Positions 1 to 12,884 are shown, numbered from the stretch's first letter. The stretch: DNA of 64,000 nucleotides from Octopus sinensis (GCF_006345805.1 NC_043000.1:43524001-43588000); one strand, 5' to 3'. Numbers and translations: made by a program. The notes: generated from the sequence alone by a model not told the origin.

Positions 1-65
1 TACCAAGATGTGAAGCTAACAACGGAAGACCAGAGAGCTATACGCAAATTATCATCAATTGAAGA
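1..65 (+). CDS. Coding exon (5' part outside window) of an unidentified multi-exon gene; YQDVKLTTEDQRAIRKLSSIE
   Basis: Open frame from base 1 ending at donor GA|gtaaga (66-71). Phase-2 end matches downstream phase-2 acceptors (454 or 14039). Confidence 0.55.
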
Positions 66-453
66 GTAAGATAAACTGACTAAAATAACGACAGTTAATA
101 CGTAAACATAATACGAAAACAATTAATCGTATAACTATTAAAGTTAAATCTGTTGTAAGATTTCGAAATCCTCATTCCATCTTTAGCCATATATTCTGAC
201 TACTTGCTGTTTACTTTACACTATGTTAATCCATAGAAGAATCTATTGAAAAACTCTGTGTGTTGTCATTACAAATCGAAGATTTAAAACACGAACAAAA
301 GCTGAAATATTGAAACTAAGTGGAAAATAATGAATCATCCGTTTAGGAAGAATTCTATACTGAATTTATAGCATTGTGTTATGATAATGGATATATATGT
401 GTAGCTGCGCTTGATGTGAAGCGACTGCATGATCTGCTCTAATATTTTTGTAG

Positions 454-480
454 TCGTTATATATTGATGAAATCTGACAG
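454..480 (+). CDS. Candidate 27-nt symmetric micro-exon (phase 2-2), RYILMKSD
   Basis: Acceptor aatatttttgtag| and donor CAG|gtgaga; open in the phase required by exon 1-65. Short, so could be chance. Confidence 0.4.
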
Positions 481-1138
481 GTGAGATACCTTACAAGTCG
501 TGGTGAGCGATTAGATTATGTTAACGTGCTCGGACTTCAAAATTTAATGATTATAAAATAAATGTCGTCCCAGAGATGCTGAAAATTTTCAAGAACAGAA
601 ATATCATATTTCAAGAAATATGCCAGTGAAGAATACGACACTTGTTTCCTAAGACAATTTTATATTTAATGTGCAAAACACAGTGAAATATGTACATAGA
701 ATGGTACAAACAAAAGCACACACACATACACGCGTATACACAGGTGCATTTAAACTATATGTCAAGCACAAACAGCGAATACAAACATACAAGTATAAAT
801 CTATTTAGACGTAGAAATTAAAGAAGATATAAAAGTAATTTCTAAAGTTTTCCATCTACCTTCATATCTGCAAGTTAGACCAACTTGGGAATACAAAACA
901 CTTATCAGATTTAATAATGCAAAAGACAACCTATGGTTTTAGAGAATGCAATATTGTTTCGAGGCATGTGATATAGACATTATCACACACTGGGATTCAT
1001 ACAAATAAGAAAACAGAACTATGCATCACCTAGACTGCATTACAAGCTGGATACATGAATTTTCTGTAACTTTTTTCTTCCGTGGTTTGACATTAGAATT
1101 ACCACGTCTGTCTATCTCTCTGAATATATATGTGCATA

Positions 1139-1243
<105 letters not shown>

Positions 1244-2200
1244 CACACATATATATACACGCATACATATATGTGTGGTGTGTGTGTGTGCGAGATTTAT
1301 TATGCACATATATATTCGCATACATGAGTATATGCAAAGGAACATATATCTATTGTTAAAGAGAGGAAAATAAACGTGTGAGATCAAATACGACAGCCTT
1401 CGCGTCTTTCTACGCAACTGAACACTCTGCAGTGTGAATCGTCTCTTAAGTGTCGGCACGAATATCCATTCTGTTTATTTACATATATATATACATATAT
1501 ATGTACATACACATACAAACACGCAAACATACACACACATATATGTATACATGCATACATACATGCATACATACATACATATATACATATATACAAGCGC
1601 AAATATATATATATATATATGAATTATTTTTTCGTATCACTAATGCTATTACAGTTTTTTCCTAAATTATGCTATGAATGTTTGGTTCCGTGGCACAAAC
1701 AATTTATAGCATATTGGTTTTTCATATAGGTAGTAAGAATTTCAAACTTTATAATTTTCCGATATTTCTTCGATCCCTGCAGTTACTTAATCAGTTGTTA
1801 TAGTAAATTTTGCAGATCATTGTGTGAAATGCACATGAAGTGGAATCATGCACACATAATTATATATACCCAATTTCGCAAGCAAAACGGATCTATAAAC
1901 AGGGAAATCTTATTGTTACTGTTCTTAATGGCGCGCTCACAAAAATAATTTTCTGTATATGTGTTATATGTATTTTGTATATTATATATTAAATATTATA
2001 TATTATATACTATATACAAAATGATATATTATACATAAGAGGAGATATTTTGCCATCGTAAGCATTAGATTTTATATTATAGGATATAAAAGCTCAACAT
2101 AACCTGATTCAAAATGAAATTTAAAGAATTGCAGTGATAAACAGTGAAATAAATTCCCTTAAATTTCGTTGCTAGTTAAGACAATTCAATATATCACAAA

Positions 2201-2283
<83 letters not shown>

Positions 2284-2292
2284 TGTGTGTGT

Positions 2293-2740
2293 GTAACCGA
2301 AAAGATTGGAGTCAACAAGAAGGGGTGCGGTTTGACATTTATTTTTAATCACTACAATTGTTTCCACACAATGCAGGTGTGCAGATACATGATTATGAAA
2401 CTATTTCTTTGCGTTATGAGATCTAGTTGTGTTTTCTCGGGGCGATATGTAAATATTGTCTCTGTAAGTTTAAATTCTTCGGCTTCAAGAATATCCTCTC
2501 AGTCTGTCGTGGCCTGAGTTTAGGAGTAGTCTCTGAGCTTAACAGTGTGTGTTGTTACTGGAGGGCAGTCAACAAATATCTTTTAAAGTTTAGGTGTAGT
2601 GGAATAGTGATCCTGGTACTATTAAAGTGGTTGCCGTGTTCAAGCTATTAGCATTGTATTTATTTGTATAGCTGAGTCTTTCTTCATGTTTGGTTGCACA
2701 TGCGATTGGTTTTACCCGAACTTTACTATTCAGCACTCGG
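2293..2740 (-). mobile_element. Penelope-like element 3' fragment (degenerate GIY-YIG region)
   Basis: Minus-strand translation with stops gives SGKTNRMC.. and ..EDILEAEEFKL, resembling PLE endonuclease C-termini; flanked by (TA)n/(CA)n. Confidence 0.45.
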
Positions 2741-2776
2741 ACACATACGCACACACACACACATATACAAACACAT

Positions 2777-2812
<36 letters not shown>

Positions 2813-2997
2813 GCATTCTCATCGGCTATCAATGGCAATGGCAATTGCTGCTATGAAAACCAATTAATGAAAGGAAGTTATTCTAACAGAAAAAGAAAAC
2901 AGAAAAAGATAACAAAATACACGCAAATATATTCTCTCATGCACATAGACAAACATATATGTGCATGTACGCACACGTACATACACGCGCACACATG

Positions 2998-3046
<49 letters not shown>

Positions 3047-3148
3047 GAATATATTCACACTCCCGCATACACGTATATACTTATATATATATGTACATAT
3101 ATATATGTATATACGTGTATATATATATTGCTTGTTCATGTTTCGATT

Positions 3149-3205
<57 letters not shown>

Positions 3206-3224
3206 GCTTTTTTTCAGAATGAGA

Positions 3225-3745
3225 TAAAAAAACAAGGCTGTGGAGAGTTTAGAACATTTATAAATAGGTCTTACAGCTGTTTCCATAACATTTATTATGT
3301 GCCTTCATCGGAGACGGTGTGAGAAGATGGTTAAGCAATAGTTTATATAGATAAGATACAAAATAGAGAGTGAATAGGAGCAATGAAAATAGATGTGAGA
3401 TATGCAGGGATATTAAATTTGTTGATCTATAATTTAAGCAGAATGGTATACATATAAGATTCCAATATCTTGTGAGTAAAATCCAACGGTATTTACATTT
3501 GGTTATTCCAAGTATAGTGTTTGTACACAGTGTTATTGAATCAAGGGTTTTATTAAAAATGAACTAAAAGTAGGTAATGTATTTGGGAGGTCAAACCGAA
3601 CACACGACGGGAGGAATAAAGGAAAAGATAGGATATAAAGATAGAGTGTAAAAATATAGAAGGAATGGGGTGATAGAGAGAGAGAGAAAAGAATAAAAAG
3701 TATAGGAGTGTCAGTTATGTAGTGATAGGGTCTACGTGATCTAAT
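3225..3745 (-). mobile_element. PLE 3'/pLTR relic with hammerhead-like motif (inverted partner of 4165-4835)
   Basis: Reverse complement aligns along its length to 4165-4835; contains gtct-CCGATGA..GGAAAC-AGCT-GTA-agac at 3268-3315. Confidence 0.6.
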
Positions 3746-4164
3746 TCCACACTCATACTCGAATATCACAATCATCTGATTATATTCATGTGTATATGGG
3801 TGCTTGCATATGTTCGTGAATATGTATGTGTGTGTATATGCATGTATATATGTATGTGTGAATATATGTATGTATGCAAGGTATGTATATCTGCGTATAC
3901 AGGGGCGATAGTACAAACAGATACGCGTATATATGGGTGTGCATGTGTGCATATACACATGAGTACGAGTTGTATATGTAGATATTGATCTGTATAAACA
4001 TCTGTATATACATACATGCATATATATATAGATATGTACATATCTAATATATACATATATTTACATCTTCACATATATATTTCCTTCTACTACTAAGCAT
4101 TGACCTGTCCAACCAACTAATCTATATCCCTAAATTCTTCATCCCATACTTCTACCCCTCTCTC

Positions 4165-4835
4165 TGTCCCATCACTTAGACACTATCACTATATAATTGA
4201 CACTCCTTTACTTTTTATACTTCTTTCTCTATCACCCCCTTTCCTTCTACCATTTTACACTCTAATACTTTTCTCTCTCTATCACTCTTATCTCCCTATT
4301 CCTACTTTCAAATTATCTTGACTGACCACTAACTGGTAAACTTGCCCTTATTATTTCTCTTTTTCTTTTTTCTTTCTTTTGTTTATTCCTCTCTTCCTAT
4401 TTTTTTCTCTTTTTTCTTCTCTTTTTGTCTTTGCTTTATTCTTCTCTTCCTGCTTTCGATCTAACCTTACAAATACATTCCCTACTTTTAGGTCACTTTA
4501 AATAAAACACTTGATTCAATAGCAATGTGTACAAACTCTATATTTGGAATGGCCAATTTGAGATACTATTGGATTTTACTCACAAGTTATTGGAAACTTA
4601 CATGCATACCATTCTGCCCAAATAATGGATCTACAAATGCAATATCCTTGCATAACTCACACCTATTTTCATTCCCCCACTTCACTCTCTATTTCGTATC
4701 TTATCTAAATTAATTTTTGCTTAACCATCTTCTCACAACGTCACCGATGAAGTGATATAATAAATATCCTGGAAACGGCTGTAAGACCTATTTATAAATG
4801 TTCTGAAATCTACACAGCCTCGGTTTTTATTATCT
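4165..4835 (+). mobile_element. PLE 3'/pLTR relic with hammerhead-like motif
   Basis: Diverged homolog of 3225-3745 in opposite orientation; CCGATGA..GGAAAC-GGCT-GTA-agac at about 4740-4787. Confidence 0.6.
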
Positions 4836-5018
4836 CGTTCTGAAAAATAATTTTATATATACACACGCTGATATATGACCTATCTTGGCCTCCTTATTCA
4901 CATAATCACCGAACCTTGAGCTTACTATATTCTATCCGCTGCACTTACTCAGTATTACCTGATACATTTAGGTCTTACTGACACCATTACCTCTCATAAC
5001 CTATACCTATCTCTCTCT

Positions 5019-5074
<56 letters not shown>

Positions 5075-5173
5075 TCTTATATATATATATATGTGAGTGT
5101 ATATATATACATACATATATATATATATATAGATATATATACATATACACACACATATATATATATATAGATG

Positions 5174-5204
<31 letters not shown>

Positions 5205-5579
5205 TATATATATATATATATATATACATATATACATATATATATATAAATGTATATATATACATCCTCCTTTCATATACCTATACCCGCTCATATACAA
5301 ACATAGGCACATTCAAATAAATGAAGGGGACGTGTGCATGAAATCGCACTTATGCACCGGACACACAAGCATATACATATGCATGCATATACACATATAT
5401 ACACACGTATACACATATGCATATAAAATATATACATACATATACATATACTCACACGTACACATTCACAGAATTGAAAAGGGAAAAAAAGGAAAAAATA
5501 CATATATAAAATAAAATAAACGAAAAGACGTTAAGACATATATAAAATAAAATAAATGAAAAGACGTTAAGACATATAA

Positions 5580-5776
5580 GAAGCTTTTGCTGGGACAGCA
5601 AAAATGTGGACTCTAGCCGTGACCGTGGGATGGCCCAGAAACGTAACTTGTATTTCATCACAAGCGGATATGATCCCAAAAGTTCAGTTCTTGAATCTAG
5701 GCATGTAGCGGGGTCCCAGAAACATTTCCAGGTGAGCCATCTTTCCATATTACAAAGAGCGCACTTGGCATTACCG

Positions 5777-5778
<2 letters not shown>
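5580..5778 (-). mobile_element. Penelope-like element, GIY-YIG C-terminal fragment
   Basis: Translates KCALCNMERWLTWKCFWDPATCLDSRTELLGSYPLVMKYKL, matching the PLE CxLCxxE..LNxRxEL..CxH..K motif. Confidence 0.6.
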
Positions 5779-5810
<32 letters not shown>

Positions 5811-5819
5811 ATATATATA

Positions 5820-6032
5820 TGGTTAATCCAAACATGAAAACACAAGGAGAAAACACAACAATGCGAGGACGTGGACCAAATATAGTATTATTGGACGCTC
5901 AGGAAGGAAGGGAAGAAGGAGGGTTTAACGTTTCGAGCGGAGCTCTTCCTCAGAAACATAGGAGAAGGAAGGATCCAGAGAAGGGAAAACAGACGAAAAA
6001 AATCGCCAACGGTACACACGCGGTCACATTTT
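5820..6032 (-). mobile_element. PLE pLTR relic containing a minimal hammerhead ribozyme motif
   Basis: Homologous to 7712-7925; flanked on both sides by (TA)n; hammerhead motif at 5923-5957. Confidence 0.65.
5923..5957 (-). ncRNA. Minimal type I hammerhead ribozyme motif
   Basis: Minus strand reads GUUU CUGAGGA A GAGC UCC GCUC GAAAC GUU AAAC: intact core, 4-bp stems I and II, palindromic AACGUU stem III. Confidence 0.65.
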
Positions 6033-6058
6033 GAATATATGTATATATATATGTATGA

Positions 6059-6136
<78 letters not shown>

Positions 6137-7385
6137 GTATGAATATATATATATATATATATATATATTTCTCTCTCTCTATATAAATATATATAATATA
6201 TATGTATATATATACCACTTATTCAGAAACGTCTCTAAGATTACTCCCTCTGATGAAAACTGATTCTGGAACATAGCGTATGGCATATTATAACAGGTGT
6301 GTGTCGGCCAACGGTAATTATGTGATCAATCCACCTTTTATATTAAACTAGGCAGCGTCCAAAGTTTACAACTCAAACGGAAGTCTTTTAAAAGATTCTA
6401 GACCTAATTGGTTTACAAGAACTCACGTCAGATGAATTAGTATTCAGATATGAAAGTCAACGACATTGTGAACCCAATCTAATCAGGTGAATTGTCCAGT
6501 AGAGTATCACCATGTGTATTGAAGACCAAGCAGCGGAATTAGTAGAATGACTGATGAATGTATAAATTAGAGCCTGAGAAAAAGTGATCTATTGGGTGTA
6601 TCATATTACAATAGCGTGAAAATTACCTGCCAGCACTGGAAAATGAATTGGAAAGAGCCCATTAAAGATATCTGTGTTTAAATGCTTTTTTCTGCACTTA
6701 TGTAGATTCAGAAATTAGACTATTTGAAAATATATATCCGTACACTATAGATACGTTATCTCGTTAGTTATTCTATTTTCAAACCGTCTCATCTTCTTTT
6801 TGCATGCTGTTGACTCTGTTGCTGTAGTTAGTTTTTAAACTCAACCACCAACAAGCAAGCATATTTAACGTAAAGTAAAATATTAGAACATGATTATCCC
6901 GCCTTATATTAAAATAATTGCACCTGAGAGTTCAGCTTTGAAACAGGGTTTTACTTTAACGTGTTGTGTTTCGTATTGGTTCGCTGATCAGGGACTACGA
7001 TGCTAAACGACAGTGACAGAAATTGCCATTTATATATATATATGTGCGTGTGTGTGCGCGAGCGCGCCAGTGTATGTGCGTGCGTACGTGCGTGTATGTG
7101 GGGCGGGCGCGAGTGTGTGTGTGTGTGTGTGAGTGAGTGTATGTGTGTGTTTGTCGCTGGAGTTTTAGTATAATAAATACCTTATTGTATTAGTTATCTC
7201 GAAAGAATTACCAGGAAATCCATATGGATTTCTACTGCATTGCTTTGGATATTAATATACTTAGTAATTTTAGTAGTTAGGATGTACGGGCAAATGTAGT
7301 CCATCTATTTATCTGTCTGTCTGTCTCTCGCTCTATCTATCCATCTATCTCCGTACATTTCTCTCTCCCTCTCCTTCTTTGTATA

Positions 7386-7679
7386 TCTTTATATATAAAA
7401 GTAAGGTTGTGTGTCTGTCTCCTACGATTTAGATTCCTAACTACTCCCACATTTTGCGGTGCAGTTTAACCAAAACTGGGTACCTTATAGTCATGATTCA
7501 TATCGAGCCCTTCTGGGTATTAGCGCGCGTCTACGATGAGTCTACGATTTTAAAAAAATTACCATAATTTTTTTCCATTTTTAATGCATTTTTTTTGCTA
7601 TTTCTTGGCTATAACTCTCTAAAGATGCTTATATAGTTATTTCCCTTACAAACCCGAGCAACGCCGGACGATACTGCTA

Positions 7680-7680
<1 letters not shown>
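7386..7680 (+). mobile_element. Non-autonomous Helitron
   Basis: A|TCTTTATATATAAAA 5' end; 3' cccgagcaacgccgg hairpin followed by CTAG|T; inserted at an AT dinucleotide, no TSD. Confidence 0.85.
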
Positions 7681-7711
<31 letters not shown>

Positions 7712-7715
<4 letters not shown>

Positions 7716-8012
7716 AATCCAAGCAAGAGAACACAAAAAAACAAAAAAACACAACGCGAGGACGTGGAACAAATAAAGTATTATTGGACGCTCAGGAAAG
7801 AAGGGAAGAAGGAAGGTTAAATGTTTCGAGCGGAGCTCTTCGTCGGAAACATAGGAGACGGAAAGACCCCGAGAAGGGAAGACAGAGGAAACAAATCGCC
7901 AGCGGTACTCACAAGGTCACATATTGAAAGACCGGAAGTAGAAAGGTGGAAGAATAATGTTTTTTAAAGACAGGAGAGTTTTCAAAGACAGTATGGTAAA
8001 GACAAGTAAAGT
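7712..8012 (-). mobile_element. PLE pLTR/3' relic (same family as 5820-6032) with degenerate hammerhead at 7816-7850
   Basis: Direct homology to 5820-6032; motif CCGACGA A GAGCTCCGCTC GAAAC ATT TAAC. Confidence 0.65.
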
Positions 8013-8029
8013 GAGAGGGGGAATGTGTG

Positions 8030-9200
8030 TGGATGTGTGCGTGAGCGGGGGTCTGCGTGTGCGTGTGTATGTGTATGTGTGCAATGATGACACGTGTGTG
8101 TGTGTGTGTGCGTGTGTGTGTGTGTGTGTGTGTATGGCGAACAACTGGCTAGTAGCTGGCCAGTATGTAAGAATAAGGAGTGGTTTTTTTTTGTCCAGCC
8201 ACAGGTCAAAAACAAAGAGGTATGTGTGTGTGCGTGTATGTATATGTATCCTGTGTGTGTTTTGTTGTAGTGTGTGTGTGCTCGTGTGTGTATGCGTAGA
8301 GTTTGGGTGCGTGGCGAGTAACTGTGCTTAACTTAGTGTATGTGTGCGTGTGTGCTTGTACGTGCGTATGTGTGTTTATATATGTATGTATAATTGTGTG
8401 CCGTGTGTATCGGATGTATGTGTGGGTTCATTTGTGTGTGTGCGTGTATGTGCGTGTATGTGTGTGTGCGTGTGTCTGTACGTGCGTGCGAATGAATGTA
8501 TGTATATATGTGCGTGTGCGCACAAATGTAGAGATTTATGTGTGTTTATATGTGTGTATATATATGTATGCAAGCACACACTTTATAATTGAAAGATTGA
8601 TGGAAAAAAATTGATGTGGGTGTATGTGAATCAACAGGCACACACATACACACACTAACGCACGCCTGCAATAGAGCCAGCCCCATATGCATGCATGTAT
8701 GTATGTGTGTGTGTATGTGTGTGTGTGTGTTTGTATGTGTGTATGTATGTATGTGTGTATGTATGTATGTATGCGTGTGTATGTGTGTATGTATGTATGT
8801 ATGTATGTGTGCATGTGTGTATGTGTGCGTATGTATGTATGTGTATATGTGTGTGTGTATGTGTGTATGTATGTATATGTGTATGTATGTGTGTATGTAT
8901 GTATGTGTGTATGTGTGTGTATGTGTGTATTATGTATGTGTGTATGTATGTGTGTATGTATGTATTTGTATGTATATGTGTGCATGTGTGAGTATGTGTA
9001 TGTATGTATGTATGAATGTATATATGTATGTGTGTGTACGTATGTATGTGTGTGTTTGTGTGAATGTATGCGTGTGTGTGTGTGGGGGGGGGTTTCTGGA
9101 GTTGTGTGGGCGTAATGTACATGCGCGTGCTTGTGTGCGTGTGTGCGTTTACGTGCGTGTATGTGTGTGTGTGTCTCTGCTAGGTGTTTATAAGAGTGTG
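8030..9200. repeat. Long compound (TG)n/(TATG)n microsatellite
   Basis: Directly visible; source of many spurious CVCV/THTH ORFs. Confidence 0.9.
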
Positions 9201-9214
9201 CGTATCTGTATGAG

Positions 9215-9451
9215 TATTTATTTCTTTACTACCCACAAGGGGCTAAACACGGAGGGGACAAACATGGGCAGACAAACAGATTAAGTCGATTAGATCGACC
9301 CCAGTGCGTAACTGGTACTTAATTTATCGACCCCGAAAGGATGAAAGGCAAAGTCGACCTCGGCGGAATTTGAACTCGGAACGTAACGACAGACGAAATA
9401 CGGCTACGCATTTCACCCGGCGTGCTAACGTTTCTGCCAGCTCGCCGCCTT
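9215..9451 (-). mobile_element. tRNA-derived SINE, near full length (central gcctttcatcctttcggggtcgataaattaagtacc domain, Meta-domain-like)
   Basis: Reverse complement starts aaggcggcgagctggcagaa with A box and B-box-like gagttcaaattcc; the same family recurs at least six times in the window. Confidence 0.85.
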
Positions 9452-9654
9452 ACATGAGTATTGTTTGTTGGGTTGTGTGTACGAGCATGTGTGTGTGTGC
9501 GTGGGTGGGTGTGGGGGTGTGGGTTGGTGTATAGGTGTGGAAGTATGTGTGCGTACATATGCATGTAGGTTGTATGTGTGTGGTGTGTTGAATGTAGGTG
9601 TGTTCGTGGATACGTATGTGTATGTGTGTGTTTCTGTATAAGGACAAAATATTT

Positions 9655-9872
9655 TTAAAAAAAGTTGCTAGTGGGGAGAGGTGGTGCGCAGTCACTAAGA
9701 GGAGGGGGCTGTGTTGAGTCCGTGTGGGGTATTGGTCGGTAGAGTGAAAATGAAAGTGAAAATGAAGCCTGGATTGTGAAGGACCGTTGTCTGGAGCGAG
9801 ACCAAACACAGAAATGTCATCGGGGGAATGGCTGGCCGAGCGGAAGTGACGTGTGACGGGAGAATTGGACCG
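9655..9872 (-). mobile_element. PLE GIY-YIG fragment, probably the same insertion as 7712-8012
   Basis: Minus translation SPVTRHFRSASHSPDDISVFGL resembles the PLE 'PVAxHF...H...D..V.GL' motif. Confidence 0.5.
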
Positions 9873-9877
9873 TATAT

Positions 9878-9985
9878 ATATATATTTTCATTTAGAGATA
9901 GTAGGCCCCTTCATCTTACCATATAAAAAAGAATTTTTATATGGTGAGATTAAGGGGCCTACTATCTCCAAATGAAAATATATAT
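9878..9985. repeat. Near-perfect palindrome, about 52-bp arms with 4-nt loop
   Basis: tatatattttcatttagagatagtaggccccttcatcttaccatataaaaa versus its reverse complement, 3 mismatches. Confidence 0.95.
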
Positions 9986-10449
9986 TTCTTCATTGAGAAA
10001 AATTTGAACCCCTGTTATGCCGGAATTTTTATTCCATAATAAATAAAAATATATATTGGTGCGAGAGTGTGTGCATGTTTGCGGTAGTGTGTGTGTGTGT
10101 GTGTGTGTGTGTTGTGTGTGTGTGTGTTTGTATAACAAAAGATACTGTTTAAGAATATATAGTCGTCGGTTACTTACTGCGTTCTATAATGTTTGATAAA
10201 AAACGATGCGAATTTCGCAGCACACTATGGAGAGTTACATTGAATAATTCGAGTAATTTGATAAAATTTTCATACCCTGATCAACACTGTACCAATATAT
10301 CTGTGTATATATGTAAATAAGTATTTGCGTTTATATTCGTACATATCGAGACTTTATACGCCTGAAATATAACCCCACCAGCACCACATACACATTCACA
10401 CACGCATATACACACTCAAACACATATGATGTATTGCTTTGTATTTATT

Positions 10450-11750
10450 TTACATTTCAATATTATTTTACTCACATTACTAAGATGTCTCTTGAGTAGT
10501 AAGCTATTGCAGACTACCATGTCTGGAACGTATGTCCGTCTATATTTTCTATTTCCTAACCACCGACCTACAACCATGTATAAGATGTGTGTCCATATTC
10601 CTATGGGGAAATCAGTACCTCGTTTCTGTAGTAGGAAATAGAATAACTCTATAAAATTGTTGTTTTATACTTCATTTTATTAGAATTCAGTTTCAAGTAT
10701 TGCACTACTTTGGTTTCCAACGCTTATTCCGTTTACGGTATCATTAAAACAGTACCAGCTAAGATTTATCTCATAACATCTTGACTTGTACCCATTTACT
10801 TTATCACCATATGCACAACCAACCTTACTATATTTTAGATGTCACTTTAGAGATTTTCTAACGGACTAGACTTCTAGCTGCACTATCTGTGATATAATGA
10901 CGCTATTTTCTATACATTGCAAGGGATGTAAACTGCTGTAAACTGTTGTAAAAGTGTGAATGAGGGGCGCCTTTATTCTCCCCTCATCCAGACTTTTACT
11001 ATACTTAATGCAAGGTTCAATTTTGTTACTATACATCATTTTCTATTCCACAAATTTTCGCATTACCTTCCACATGAAATTCAAGAAAAATAGTTTTCGA
11101 CCTTGTGTAGCTATTGTTTCTTCATAGGGAAATTCTTTTACATAATATAAAAAATATATATAGATTAAATTAAATGAATTAAAACACTAGATTGTTTCAG
11201 TAAATCCCATGTCCCTATTAGAATTCGACGGAATATAAATTTGCATTTCATCCTTTAAGAGACAACACAAAAACTACTTGTCCAAGAATGAAGTCAAATC
11301 CATTTCAAATACATTTTCGTTGACGAATTCATAGCCGCAGAACTTCAGTCAGAAATCAATAATATGCATAATGTAATGACACATAAGTGCTTCAGCAGCA
11401 AGAACCATATGGCACTGATATTAATATCTGTCATATGGTAACAATTCTCGATTCTTCAAGTTCTATAGATTTACAGATATTCAAGGATTACCAATATTCC
11501 ATATCCTCTAGTATTCCTTTGTAATGCATTATAAATTTTCAACAATTCTATGTCTTAACGGCTGTATTTGCAACCAGCACATGCAGAATGTGTCTGTTTT
11601 CTTTTGAACATTCAAAGCATGCTACATTAATGCTGGCACTAATATACTCAGGGTGATATTTCACCTATCAAATAAGGATCATTAAATGTTTCCTTAATAG
11701 ACGTAGCTTCAGTTGCGTATCAATCTACATCTTGTTGATGGCACTTTAAT
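10450..11750 (-). mobile_element. Probable ancient RTE-like LINE relic
   Basis: Fragmentary minus-strand peptide NITLSILVPALM*HALNVQKK resembles the RTE 'IYxTxIxPALxYGxExW' region; many stops. Confidence 0.3.
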
Positions 11751-11882
11751 TGTTGTATGAGCAAATCACAGTTACAAATATTTCTGCTGCAACAGAAGCC
11801 TGTTTCTACACGTACAACTAAGTCGACTATCAATACCATTATTGTTGATGATGATGTTAACGGTGATGAAGATGATAACGGA

Positions 11883-11883
<1 letters not shown>

Positions 11884-11959
<76 letters not shown>

Positions 11960-12030
11960 TAAAAATAATAATAATAATAATAACAATAATGATAACAACA
12001 ACAACAACAACAACAATAATAATAATAAAG
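11884..12030. repeat. (AAT)n/(AAC)n microsatellite
   Basis: Directly visible. Confidence 0.95.
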
Positions 12031-12747
12031 AATCAATTCCTATCATAGTGGGTGCATTAGGTATGATAAAAAATGTTGGGAAAAATACATAACAAATATA
12101 CCAGGACTTACAAATATATATAACATACAGAAAATTGCACTACCGGGCAAAGCACGCATCCTACGCTAAACACATTCAATACAGTAACCATAAGAGCATC
12201 ACAGTAAACCACAGTGCCAGACAGTGGCTCTCATGGCTGTTGATCTTAATTGATTGGAAATGTTATCATGTACAATCTTTTGTCTTGGTATAAAAGACGG
12301 ACTACAGCAAATATTCTCTTCTCAACACCACAGATTAGCTTGTCAGTTGTTTGACCTTAACCAGTTGAGCATGTCTCTTAGTGGCTGACGATGTGTGCAT
12401 CTCTGATAACGAGCAGTAATAGTAGGAGAGCATGATAGCTGTGTGTTGAAAGGAATTCTTAGAGGTTTGGACAAATCACCTTTGAAAACATGGGTGGTTC
12501 GTTCAAAATATTAAAAAAATCCTTTTGAACGGGATGGGTTACTCGGCCAGAAGAAAATTCTAACTGGGTCCCTCCTGAAAGGTCATGCATTGTTTATCTT
12601 GACAGGAGATCACCATGTCGCGCACATATGGTTGTGATGCATGTGCCTGGTGTACACTTATCAGACAGGTAGTCATGATGGGTATACTGAGCTTCGTATA
12701 CTTTACCCCATTGTCACTTTAATGGCATACACTGCTCTCTCACTGAA
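12031..12747 (+). mobile_element. R4/Dong-like non-LTR retrotransposon 3' fragment (restriction-like endonuclease tail plus 3' UTR)
   Basis: IPIIVGALGMIK / KYITNIPGLTNIYNIQKIALPGKARILR matches the R4-clade C-terminus (PIVIGALG..LQKxxLLGTAxILRxxL); flanked by (AAT)n on both sides. Confidence 0.7.
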
Positions 12748-12759
12748 TAGTAATAATAA

Positions 12760-12852
<93 letters not shown>

Positions 12853-12855
12853 TAA
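12748..12855. repeat. (AAT)n microsatellite
   Basis: Directly visible. Confidence 0.95.
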
Positions 12856-12884
12856 TCCAAAGGCACAAAAGTTGACATTTTTGT

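Noticed and set aside
5501-5578. 36-bp tandem duplication (similar 19- and 21-bp duplications near 25810-25890)
   Set aside because: Ordinary slippage duplications with no further structure.
1783-6762. Alternative micro-exons 1783-1802 (YLISCY) and 6706-6762 (SEIRLFENIYPYTIDTLS)
   Set aside because: Phase-compatible as a pair, but donors are weaker and exon 14039-14106 bridges the same phases more simply. They cannot be fully excluded without RNA data.
10476-10625. Minus-strand 150-nt exon-like segment (KRGTDFPIGIWTHILYMVVGRWLGNRKY...) with good splice sites
   Set aside because: It lies in a region that looks like a decayed RTE relic, and I found no convincing chain of minus-strand exons. 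Uncertain rather than disproved.
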